A stretch of 64,000 nt of DNA, from positions 8,247 to 72,246 of the forward strand of contig JAZNFP010000055.1 in the NCBI GenBank assembly GCA_045576095.1, given 5' to 3'. A program made the translations under genes and the position numbers. Below, in pieces: positions 27,231 to 35,655 of the stretch. Origin of the DNA: Eubacteriales bacterium. GTDB lineage: Bacteria > Bacillota > Clostridia > Oscillospirales > CAG-272. Under the pieces are notes generated by a model. It had not been told where the DNA came from, made no database searches, and saw nothing but the letters and a program-made list of their open reading frames with translations. The stretch's first letter is position 1. Each line of letters opens with the position of its first letter.

Positions 27231-27780
27231 GTCAAGACTTTGCACGCAAAGTCCCTCTACCGCCCCTCCACCAACGAATAAATTTTTATCCATTATTTTT
27301 TTCGTAGACAAACTCTCTACGAAACTTTTTTAAGGCGATAGAACCGCATGAGGGCTGGAAAAACAGAGGAATTATGTAGGGGGCGTGTTACAGACCCGCC
27401 CCCCTTGCCCGGAAAAACCGAAAATTTGACCACTCAGGCCGGGCCGCCTGAGTAGATCCATGCGGCGGAGATCCATCGGCGCCGCGCGCTGGCGCTTGCC
27501 GCGAGCGCCGATGGAGAACGTCCGCACGGCGGGGCAAGGTCTCGCCGGGAGACTTGCCGAGCTCAGCGAGACGGCTCCTCGATCCGGCGAGGAGCCTCTG
27601 AGCTCGTCTGCGGGCTCTGCGGAGCCTCGCTCACTTGCCAACCCTTCCCACAGGCGCGAACGAGGGAGCGCCTATGGAAAGCGTTGACAACCGCGATCTC
27701 TCGATGCACCGGCGAGACGTAGAGAAAAACAAAATTGTTTTTCGAAGGAAGGAACGCCCGCCACGAGGCGGGGAAAGCAA

Positions 27781-27978
27781 TCAGACAGCGAGCTGCAGCG
27801 ACGTCTGCCCACACTCCAGGCAGACACCTTCCCACGTGCATGCGCTGCATTCATGCGCCGACCAAAAGGACCGATCCTGCGCGAGCCGATGCTGCCGTTT
27901 CGGCGATTGGCTTTGGAAATAGGCAATCTTCGCCATATGATCCGCGTTGATGCGTGCTATAACCTCCGACTTACTCAT
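27781..27978 (-). CDS. 65-aa Zn-ribbon protein adjacent to attR
   Basis: Strong RBS (AGGAGG, 6-nt spacer, ATG). MSKSEVIARINADHMAKIAYF...HECSACTWEGVCLECGQ carries CxxC-x6-CxxC. Confidence 0.6.
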   Translation of the reverse strand: MSKSEVIARINADHMAKIAYFQSQSPKRQHRLAQDRSFWSAHECSACTWEGVCLECGQTSLQLAV

Positions 27979-27994
27979 TTGAAACCTCCTATTT

Positions 27995-28039
27995 CTTTTA
28001 ATCAAAGGGTCCGGAGTTCGAATCTCCGCAGGAGCACCA
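27995..28039 (+). repeat. attR: 45-bp direct repeat (displaced 3' portion of tRNA-Lys)
   Basis: Identical to 13164-13208, but without the 5' half of the tRNA. Confidence 0.9.
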
Positions 28040-28171
28040 AAAAAGAACGTTGCGTTGCAACGGTCTTTTTTGCCGAAGGAGCTTCGAGACGGGCGATTTC
28101 CGACTTGACAAAAACCGAAAAATCCTGTATCCTTATAGTAGTATAGAATCCGCATGGGAGGTGAACCCTGG

Positions 28172-28885
28172 ATGAGCAAGACTGTTTTAAGCTGCAGAAA
28201 TCTCACCAAGCGCTATCAATTTCCGGTTCTCACGAATCTGAATCTTGATCTGCCGAGCGGCAGGATCATCGGACTGCTCGGTCCGAACGGCTGTGGAAAA
28301 TCGACGCTTTTGAAGCTCCTGTCGGGACTTCTCGTTCCGGATGAGGGGCAAATCTCTGTTTGCGGCAAGCCGAGAAGCGACGAGACGAACGCATGGATCT
28401 CGTATCTCCCCGAGCGCACCTATTTCAGCGGCGGCATGCGCGTCAACGAGCTGATCGCTTATTTTTCAGATTTTTATGCCGATTTCGACACCGCCCTTGC
28501 AAGGGATATGATGGCCGATCTCAAAATCGATCCGACCGCCAAGCTCAAGACCCTCTCAAAGGGAACAAAGGAGAAGGTTCAGCTGATTTTGGTCATGGCG
28601 CGCCGTGCGAGGCTTTATCTGCTCGACGAGCCGATCGCGGGAGTTGATCCCGCTGCACGCGATTACATTCTGAAAACCATTATTAAAAGCCGAAGCCCCG
28701 AGGCAACGGTTCTGATTACCACGCATCTGATCTACGACATTGAGCCGGCTCTCGACGACTTTCTGTTTATGGGTCCGGGCGGCCGGATCCTTTTGTCGGG
28801 CAACGCCGACGAGGTGCGCCAACAGAGCGGAAAATCGCTGGATATGCTCTTTCGGGAGGTGTTTTCATGCTTAGGAAGCTACTGA
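28172..28885 (+). CDS. ABC transporter ATP-binding protein
   Basis: Walker A GPNGCGKST, signature LSKGTKEKV, Walker B LYLLDEP. ATG after GGGAGGTG. Confidence 0.9.
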   Translation: MSKTVLSCRNLTKRYQFPVLTNLNLDLPSGRIIGLLGPNGCGKSTLLKLLSGLLVPDEGQISVCGKPRSDETNAWISYLPERTYFSGGMRVNELIAYFSDFYADFDTALARDMMADLKIDPTAKLKTLSKGTKEKVQLILVMARRARLYLLDEPIAGVDPAARDYILKTIIKSRSPEATVLITTHLIYDIEPALDDFLFMGPGGRILLSGNADEVRQQSGKSLDMLFREVFSCLGSY

Positions 28886-29736
28886 AATACGACCTGTCTG
28901 CCGTTGCAAGGCTCTTTTGGATCGGCGCTGTCCTGTCGGTGGCCGGGGGTATCCTCGGAGGGGTTTTGATCCGCACCTTCAGCTGGATTGCCGATCTTGA
29001 CACCGATAACCTGATCCTCAACCTCTCCGCCCTGTTCTTTATAATGACGGGGCTCGTATGTCTCTTTGCCGTTGCCGTTTCCTTTCTGATGACGAAGATC
29101 TTGGTGTACGTGCGATTCTACAAGCATTTCTTTACCGACGAGGGATATCTCACCTTCACCCTTCCCGTCAAGAGAAGCACCCTGCTTCTGAGCAAAACGC
29201 TGAACGCTGTCATCTGGTTTTCGGCACAGTTCGTCCTGACGGCTCTGTCGGTGCTTCTCTTCATCCTGCTCGTCACACCCGCCGAGCCGGGCGGCGGTCC
29301 TCTCAACCCCATGGTGCTTGAGGGCATCGCCGAGCTGCTTGCGATCGCATGGACGGAGATCGGCGCGTGGCTGCTCGTCTATCTCCTTGAGGCGCTGCTC
29401 ATCGGGCTCGCCTATCTCGTTTTTTCGACGCTTCTCGTTTATTTTTGCATAACGGTCGGCGCTGTGCTTGTCAAGCGCGCCAAGATTCTTCTCTCGATCG
29501 GTATTTACTATGCCGTTTCCTCCGCGCTGTCAATCCTGCGGCAGCTCTTATTGCTTGTGCTCGGTCCGTCTCTCCTTGACGGTCTCAGTCTCCTCGCTCT
29601 GCACACCACGAAAAATCAGTTCTCGGCAATTTCCGCCCTTCTTATCCTCTTGATCCCCACCGTGCTTGCGGCTTTGGGGGCGCTTCTTTACCTCTTCACA
29701 CAGCGCTTGCTTGACCGCAAGCTGAATCTGGCGTAA
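28867..29736 (+). CDS. ABC-2-type transporter permease
   Basis: 289 aa, about six TM helices, overlaps the ATPase gene stop. Confidence 0.7.
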   Translation: MLRKLLKYDLSAVARLFWIGAVLSVAGGILGGVLIRTFSWIADLDTDNLILNLSALFFIMTGLVCLFAVAVSFLMTKILVYVRFYKHFFTDEGYLTFTLPVKRSTLLLSKTLNAVIWFSAQFVLTALSVLLFILLVTPAEPGGGPLNPMVLEGIAELLAIAWTEIGAWLLVYLLEALLIGLAYLVFSTLLVYFCITVGAVLVKRAKILLSIGIYYAVSSALSILRQLLLLVLGPSLLDGLSLLALHTTKNQFSAISALLILLIPTVLAALGALLYLFTQRLLDRKLNLA

Positions 29737-29819
29737 GGGCGATCGCATGAAAGCAAAATCCGCAATAAAAGGCGGTCTGAAATGCATTTTGCATTTCAGA
29801 CCGCCTTTTTGTTTTACGG

Positions 29820-30415
29820 TTAAGGCTTATCTACGTGCAGATTCGGGAAATACTTGCAGAACTCGGCGATCTCGCGGTCGATGCGCGACACGGTATATAC
29901 GCCGTCGCGCGCGCGGAACCACTCTCTCTGATTGACAAGTCTTGCCTCACAGTCGGGAGCCTTGCAGGAAAGCGAGAACGGAATATGGTATCTCTGCATC
30001 TGTCTTGAAACGCCGAACAGACCGCACTGCGAGTCGGTCGGACGCATTCCGTCAACGTAATACTCGTCGTCAAGCGGAGCCCAGAGAAGCACGGGCTTGC
30101 CGAGCGCCTTGGCGATGTCTGCCGCTGCCTCCTCGTTTCCGAAGTTGCAGTTGATGATCATGAAGGCGTCGACCTTCTCGCTCTTAAAGCGCTCGATGAC
30201 CTCGGCGGCACTCTTGTCGTCGAAAACGAGGTCCTCGATGCCGATTCCCTTGTTGTCAACGAAGCTCACCTTGTCGGTGGCGAAGTTCTCCTCGATGTAT
30301 TTGACGAATCTCTTCCTCTCTGCTCGGCGGAATACCAGGTCAGAAAGGTTCCTCTCGGACGGTCGGTAGCGTTTCTCCGCATAGCGACGAGTCCGATCTT
30401 GACGTTATAGTTCAA
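29820..30415 (-). pseudogene. L-fucose/arabinose-isomerase-family remnant (frameshifted N-terminus, truncated C-terminus)
   Basis: The N-terminal piece NYNVKIGLVAMRRNATDRPRGTFLTW is in one frame. AERKRFVKYIEENF...IINCNFGNEEAAADIAKALGKPVLLW continues in another. The total is about 195 aa, against about 480 aa for the family. Confidence 0.55.
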
Positions 30416-30435
30416 AGCACAAGTGACTCCTTTTT

Positions 30436-31809
30436 TCAAAAGGTATCTACGATACCGTAATCGGCATAATCGAAAATCGGAGCGTTTCTGTCGGGATTGA
30501 TGGCAATAACGGTTCCCGCGCGCTCCATTCCCACGATGTGGTGCACCGCGCCCGAGATCCCGACGGCGATATAGACGGGAGGGCTGACCTTCTTTCCCGT
30601 CAGTCCGACCTGCGTCTCGTAGCGCGCGATCCCCGCGTCAACGAGCTTTCTCGAGGCGGCAAGATCGGCACCGAGCCGCTCGGCAAACGCCGAAACGGCA
30701 TCCATCTGATTCTGCACGCCAAAGCCCGCCGCCACGACGATCTCGCGTGCACCGCCCTCGTCGGTACGGACGGTTGCCATCGCAGGGCGCGTCAGGCTTC
30801 GGATCTTGGCGATCACGCTTCCCGAGAGTGCAGGACGGTACATGGCAAGCTCGCCTACCTCGCACTCAAGGCGCGTACAGTCGGCGCAAAGCCCAAGTCC
30901 CATCCTTGCGGCAACGAGCGAGGAAAGGCGCTTGGATTTCGGATCGCTTCCCCAAAGCACCGCGTCGGGGGAAAGTGCTTCGATCTCCCTCGCAAGCGTA
31001 TCCGCATCCGAGAGGGCAAGCTCGGTGATCGACTCGGCAACCGTCTCGGCATAGCTGCGAGGCGCGGCACCGACGATACAAACGTGCGGAAGGCGCTCGT
31101 CGCTGTCTCCCCGTTCTTCCTCGCAAACGGCTTTGGCGCTCAAGATCGCCGCGGCGATCACAGCATCAAGCTCGTCGCGCGAGATAAAGCGGCAACGGCG
31201 CCTGCCCGATTGGTTCTCAAAGGTTTTGGCGACCCGCGTCGGCGAGCCGCGGAGTCCGCATCTTGCGGGATCTGCGCCGACCTCACAGGCGCTGAGCGTT
31301 ACAAGCTCGCCTGTGCGCGAGCCAATGCGAGGCAGACGAAGCTCAAAGACTCTCTCAAGGGTCAGGAGCGCGGGCAGAGCCGCCTTCGTCTCCCCTTCCC
31401 TCGTCTGGCAGGTGACACTGCCGTCCGAGAGCGAGTCGATCCTCATGACGTTCGTCAAAAGCGAAAGCCCTGCAAGCTCGGCAAGCATCGGGCCGGTCTG
31501 CGCCGTATCTCCCACAAGGGTTTGCCGTCCGCAGAAAACGAGGTCGGGAGAGATCATCTGAAGCGCTCTTGAAAGGGCGTACGCCGTTGCCAGCGTATCC
31601 GCCCCGGCAAAGACGGAGTCGGTCAGAAGATACGCCCTTTTCGCACCGAGTCTCGTCAGGCGGAGAAGGAACTCCCCCGTCCTTGGCGTTCCCATGCTGA
31701 GAAGCACCACCTCGGCGCCCTCAATCCGAAGCGCCGCCTCGTAGGCGGCCGCATCAAAGGGACCGAGCTCTCCGTCAAGCCCCTGACGGAGGCAAACCGC
31801 GATCCTCAT
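30436..31809 (-). CDS. fused electron-transfer flavoprotein (EtfB-like N-domain plus EtfA-like FAD domain)
   Basis: N-terminal EtfB-like segment VLLSMGTP...GRQTLVGDTAQTGPMLAELAG. C-terminal EtfA FAD-binding signature PPVYIAVGISGAVHHIVGM...IAINPDRNAPIF. Single 457-aa ORF. Confidence 0.8.
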   Translation of the reverse strand: MRIAVCLRQGLDGELGPFDAAAYEAALRIEGAEVVLLSMGTPRTGEFLLRLTRLGAKRAYLLTDSVFAGADTLATAYALSRALQMISPDLVFCGRQTLVGDTAQTGPMLAELAGLSLLTNVMRIDSLSDGSVTCQTREGETKAALPALLTLERVFELRLPRIGSRTGELVTLSACEVGADPARCGLRGSPTRVAKTFENQSGRRRCRFISRDELDAVIAAAILSAKAVCEEERGDSDERLPHVCIVGAAPRSYAETVAESITELALSDADTLAREIEALSPDAVLWGSDPKSKRLSSLVAARMGLGLCADCTRLECEVGELAMYRPALSGSVIAKIRSLTRPAMATVRTDEGGAREIVVAAGFGVQNQMDAVSAFAERLGADLAASRKLVDAGIARYETQVGLTGKKVSPPVYIAVGISGAVHHIVGMERAGTVIAINPDRNAPIFDYADYGIVDTF

Positions 31810-33284
31810 CCCTCTCCCTCCCCATGATAGATGGGAGCGAGCGCATCGTGGATCTTTTTGTATGTTTTGAAAATCTCCGCATAGCGAAGGGTATTTTCAA
31901 GGCAGGGCTCAACCTCTGCCCTCGGCTTGACGCAAAGCGCCGCCGCCGCCTTAGGATCCGAGAAGATTCCGACCGCCACTCCTGCCAGCATGGCAGAGCC
32001 GAGCGACGAGTCGCTGCTCTCGGTGACGCGAAGCGGAATGCCCAGAACGTCCGAGGCAATCTGCCGCCAAAGCGGACTCTTGGCACCGCCGCCGATCAGG
32101 GTCGCCCTCCCCTGCACCGAAATGCCGATCGACTCGAGATATCTCTTGCTCTCAAGCAACGAAAAGGCAACGCCCTCCAGCACCGCACGGGTGAAATGTC
32201 CGCGGCTGTGGGTTGCGCGGATGCCGACAAAGCTTCCCGAAAGAAGCGGATCGGCATAGGGGGTCAGCTCGCCGTTAATGTAAGGATGGAAAAAGAGTCC
32301 CTCGGCACCGATCGGCGTTGCCGCCGCCTCCTCGTCAAGGACGCGGTACTCTCCCCCGAAGGTGTCGCGGTACCAGCGAAGGCTGGACGCCGCCGCCTTG
32401 GTGGCGGTTCCGGGATACCAAAGCCCCTTGACGACGTGGGAATAGTTGACCAGATGCCGATCGGGGCAGGCACGGTCGGTGATCACGCAAACGCGCCCCG
32501 CCGTTGCAAGCTTGACCGTCACGTCCCCCGTCTCGACCGCACCCGAGGCAAAGACCTCCATGACGGTATCGGTGGTTCCGCAGATGACGGGAGTACCGAC
32601 GGCAAGTCCGGTTGCCGCCGCCGCCTCGGGGGTTACCGAGCCGATGAGATCGGTCGGCGCCTTGATCTCGGGGAGCATCTCGGGCGTAATCCCCGCAAGA
32701 GCGCAAAGCTCGGGGTCCCACTGCATCCTGCGAAGGTCGAAGAGCATGCTTCCCTCTGCCTCGATGTAGTCGGTGCAGAAAACGCCGGTCAAAAAATAAC
32801 GGACGTAATCCTTCTCAAAAAGGACGTAGCGTGCGCGAGCAAAGATCTCAGGCTCGTTGCTTTTGAGCCAGATCAGCTGCGGCAGTGTCCAGATGGTATC
32901 GGGGCTGTGGAAGGTCTTTTCAAAGATTTCCCGTCCGTGCGTTTTGCGAAGCTCCGCCGCCTCCCGTCTGCTGCGCGAATCGGTCCAATGCATCGCATAG
33001 CGAAGCGGACGGAAGTCCCCGTCGCAGACAAGAGACGTATGGGTCGCGGAATCCACCGCAATTGCTGCGATGGATTCCGGCTTAATCTGTGATTTTTTAA
33101 GAATCGCCCCCGTACATTCCGAGAGTGCGGAAATCCAGTCGGCGGGGTTCTGCTCGCAAGCGTCTGCCGTCGGATGCAGAGTGGGATACTCCACCGTATG
33201 CTCCGCAGCGATCACGCCCTTCTCGGAGAGCAGGGTCGCCTTGGCGGCACCGCCTCCGAAATCGATTCCAAGGAGATATCTCAT
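31806..33284 (-). CDS. FGGY-family carbohydrate kinase
   Basis: MRYLLGIDFGGGAAKATL N-terminus and C-terminal GGGAKSPLWRQI motif. Confidence 0.88.
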   Translation of the reverse strand: MRYLLGIDFGGGAAKATLLSEKGVIAAEHTVEYPTLHPTADACEQNPADWISALSECTGAILKKSQIKPESIAAIAVDSATHTSLVCDGDFRPLRYAMHWTDSRSRREAAELRKTHGREIFEKTFHSPDTIWTLPQLIWLKSNEPEIFARARYVLFEKDYVRYFLTGVFCTDYIEAEGSMLFDLRRMQWDPELCALAGITPEMLPEIKAPTDLIGSVTPEAAAATGLAVGTPVICGTTDTVMEVFASGAVETGDVTVKLATAGRVCVITDRACPDRHLVNYSHVVKGLWYPGTATKAAASSLRWYRDTFGGEYRVLDEEAAATPIGAEGLFFHPYINGELTPYADPLLSGSFVGIRATHSRGHFTRAVLEGVAFSLLESKRYLESIGISVQGRATLIGGGAKSPLWRQIASDVLGIPLRVTESSDSSLGSAMLAGVAVGIFSDPKAAAALCVKPRAEVEPCLENTLRYAEIFKTYKKIHDALAPIYHGEGEG

Positions 33285-33296
33285 ATTCTTCTCCTA

Positions 33297-33942
33297 TCAG
33301 TAATTGATCTTGTAATTCTCTCCGTACACGCCGGGCACAACCCCTCTTGCAAGAAGCGAGGCGTTCTCCTCGTGCGAGATGATCCGCTTGTTCCGACGGA
33401 AGAGCAGCGGATCGCTGACCTCGCCCTCCAGGGGAGTATTGGTCCCTCTCGGAAGCCCAACGACCATACCGAAGCCCTCGTCGCTGACCTGGCAGGGACA
33501 GAAGTGCAGGGTCGTCGCATACACCTCAAGCACCGTTCCGCGCGGAACGTAGAACGCCTTCATGGTTGCCGAATCGAGCCGTCCGTCCGAGAGATCGCAC
33601 CGTCTGCCGAGAATGAGCACGAGCGGCGTGACGGCAACGTTGAGCCGACGATGCGTGCCATTCGGTGCCGCCAAGGGTCTCGCTGTGCCCCCAGCAGTAG
33701 CCAAGCTCGGTGTCGAGCGTTCCGAAAACGCTCTCGCAGATCTCCCCCGCCACACGGGTCGCCTCAAAGGAATCGACCGAGGGAAGGTACGCCGAGCCGC
33801 TCTCGGGATTTTCGATTTTCCTCGCCGCCTCGACAAGCTACGAGCAGTCGAGGGAAAGGACCCTGCCGTACTCCGAAAACGCCTCGTCGAAGACGTCGTA
33901 AAAGCGAAGGCTCGGATTTTTCTCTCTGAGCATTTTAAGCAT
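33297..33942 (-). pseudogene. DUF4867-family (cupin-like) gene with in-frame TAG and a frameshift
   Basis: MLKMLREKNPSLRFYDVFDEAFSEYGRVLSLDCS-TAG-LVEAARKIENPESG...GYCWGHSETLGGTEWHASS is in one frame. LNVAVTPLVLILGR...MKAFYVPRGTVLEVYATTLHFCPCQ continues in another. Confidence 0.6.
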
Positions 33943-33952
33943 AGGATGCCTC

Positions 33953-34753
33953 TCAGCGCTTTTCGATCCAAGCGTGCTCGGGATCGCTTGAGCGGTTAAA
34001 GCCCTGATAATCGCCTGCCATCAGCCACAGGAAGTAGCTCTTGTAGCCCGGGGTCGAAACCGTCGTATGATACCCATAGGGGAACTCGACCAGCTCGTCG
34101 TTCTTGACGCGATAAGCCTCGTCGATCGAGCCGTCGGCGGTATAAAGGCACTGCACGGCAAAGCCCTGCTTCGGCTCGAACAGGAAGTAGTAGATCTCCT
34201 CGGCAATGCACTCGCGCGGCATATCGTTGACGTCGTGCTTGTGCGGCGGGAAGCCCGCCCAGTTGCCCTCGGTGCAGTACGCCTCGCCGATGGTCAGAAC
34301 CTTGGCGTTGGTCGTACCGTCGATGAGAAAGCTCGTCTCGCGCTGGAAGGGGACCTCGCCGAGAAGCTTGAGGAGAACGCGATCCCCTCTCAGAAGCTGG
34401 GGCTCGGTCTTCTCGGAAACGGGGGTAGCGCAGACGGCGATCTTCACGCTGTCAAGCGCGATGATCTCAAGGCTCGTCTCGCGAGGCATATAGAAGCTCT
34501 CGGCGCGACGGTTCTCAAAAACGCTCATGCGGTTTCCGACATTCTCCCAAAGCTCAGAGCCAACCTTGACGTTGCAGTGGCCCTCGAGCATGATGAAGGC
34601 GGTCTCCTTGTCGGCGGTATCAAAGGTGAGGGTCTCGGCGGCGCCGAGCTCGATGATACCGAACTCGAGCTTCTTCAGACTGCACTCGCCGATCTTGCAG
34701 ATCGGGGTGTAGCCCTTCGCCGGCGTATAGGTCTTCTTGTAATTATAGCTCAT
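33953..34753 (-). CDS. iolB: 5-deoxy-glucuronate isomerase (IolB/KduI family)
   Basis: 266 aa double cupin. The GNWAGFPPHKHD...EEIYYF motif is typical of IolB. Confidence 0.8.
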   Translation of the reverse strand: MSYNYKKTYTPAKGYTPICKIGECSLKKLEFGIIELGAAETLTFDTADKETAFIMLEGHCNVKVGSELWENVGNRMSVFENRRAESFYMPRETSLEIIALDSVKIAVCATPVSEKTEPQLLRGDRVLLKLLGEVPFQRETSFLIDGTTNAKVLTIGEAYCTEGNWAGFPPHKHDVNDMPRECIAEEIYYFLFEPKQGFAVQCLYTADGSIDEAYRVKNDELVEFPYGYHTTVSTPGYKSYFLWLMAGDYQGFNRSSDPEHAWIEKR

Positions 34754-35654
34754 AGCCGTTCTCCTTCATATAATTCTTGACGGTCTCAAAGCTCGGCGTG
34801 CTCTCTCTCGCTCCGACGCCCATGCACTTGATGGCAGAGGTCGCGGAGGCGATATGACAGCAGGTCTCGGGCGCATAGCCCTTGACGTATGCCGCGGCAA
34901 AGGCGCCGTGGAAAACGTCGCCCGCGCCGTTCGAGTCAAGCACCTCGGCGGGATAGATCGGATAGCGACGGATCTTGCTTCCGTCGTAAAGCAAACCGCC
35001 GCGCTTTCCGTCGGTAATTACGACCACCTCGGGAGAGTAGCGCTCGTAAAGCGCTTTTGCGGCTGACTCGATATCCGCACAGCCGGTATGCCCCATGGCA
35101 AACTCCGCTGAGGGGATCATGAGATCGGTTACGGCAAGCAGACGGTCAACGTTCGGGTAAAGCCCGCCGCAATCGTAAAGCACCTTGCCGCCGCTTTCGC
35201 GGACGATGCGGGCAGCCTCAACGGCAGCGTCAAGCTCGTTGCCGTCAACCATCAGAAGCGCCGCCTCGGAAAGCGCCTTCTTCTGCTCCTCGTTCAGAGT
35301 GAGCGCGGGCAGATCGCCCTTATCGAACACGCAGGTACGCGTGGCGCTGTCCTTTGCGAGCCAAAGCACCGAGGCAAAGGAGCGGTATCCGCTCATCACG
35401 CTGACGAGCGAGGTATCGACTCCGTACTTTTCAAAATCCTTTTGCAGGAACGCGCCGCCGCCGTCATCCGAGAGAACGCCGATATACGACGCCGACTCTC
35501 CGAGCTTTGCCGCCGCGACGAGCCCGGTCGCAACCGGGCCGCCGCCTGCCGCCTGAGACGTGACGGCGCGCATCTTCGTATCCTCGGTGGGATAGGTAGG
35601 AAGCGTGTAGAGCGTATCGTACACGCACGCACCGATGCCAACGATTCTTTTCAT
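34743..35654 (-). CDS. PfkB/ribokinase-family sugar kinase
   Basis: GGGPVATG N-terminal motif and C-terminal DSNGAGDVFHGAF (the GAGD anion hole). Confidence 0.85.
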   Translation of the reverse strand: MKRIVGIGACVYDTLYTLPTYPTEDTKMRAVTSQAAGGGPVATGLVAAAKLGESASYIGVLSDDGGGAFLQKDFEKYGVDTSLVSVMSGYRSFASVLWLAKDSATRTCVFDKGDLPALTLNEEQKKALSEAALLMVDGNELDAAVEAARIVRESGGKVLYDCGGLYPNVDRLLAVTDLMIPSAEFAMGHTGCADIESAAKALYERYSPEVVVITDGKRGGLLYDGSKIRRYPIYPAEVLDSNGAGDVFHGAFAAAYVKGYAPETCCHIASATSAIKCMGVGARESTPSFETVKNYMKENGYEL

Positions 35655-35655
35655 A

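Larger units (their letters stand above)
13164..28039. mobile_element. 14.9-kb integrative element in tRNA-Lys (filamentous-prophage-like or minimal mobilisable/conjugative element)
   Basis: Perfect 45-bp direct repeats with the integrase next to the tRNA. It carries a Rep_trans initiator and a membrane ATPase in a single tightly packed minus-strand operon. GC is lower than the flanks, and an AT-rich cargo module lies at the right end. Confidence 0.85.

Noticed and set aside
27372-27926. ORFs of 75-95 aa in the GC-rich region of the element (27372-27641, 27460-27687, 27563-27850, 27635-27922, 27672-27926)
   Set aside because: They mutually overlap in several frames, are Arg/Pro/Ala/Ser-rich and lack RBSs. 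The region is better explained by stacked hairpins.
13164-28039. Possibility that the island is a conventional tailed prophage
   Set aside because: No terminase, portal, major capsid, tape-measure, tail or endolysin/holin signatures were seen in any frame. The 14.9-kb size and single ATPase do not fit a Caudoviricetes genome.
33840-33850. In-frame TAG in the DUF4867 gene as pyrrolysine or programmed read-through
   Set aside because: No pyl genes or recoding signals are present in the window. A second lesion (a frameshift) in the same gene makes simple inactivation or sequence error far more likely.
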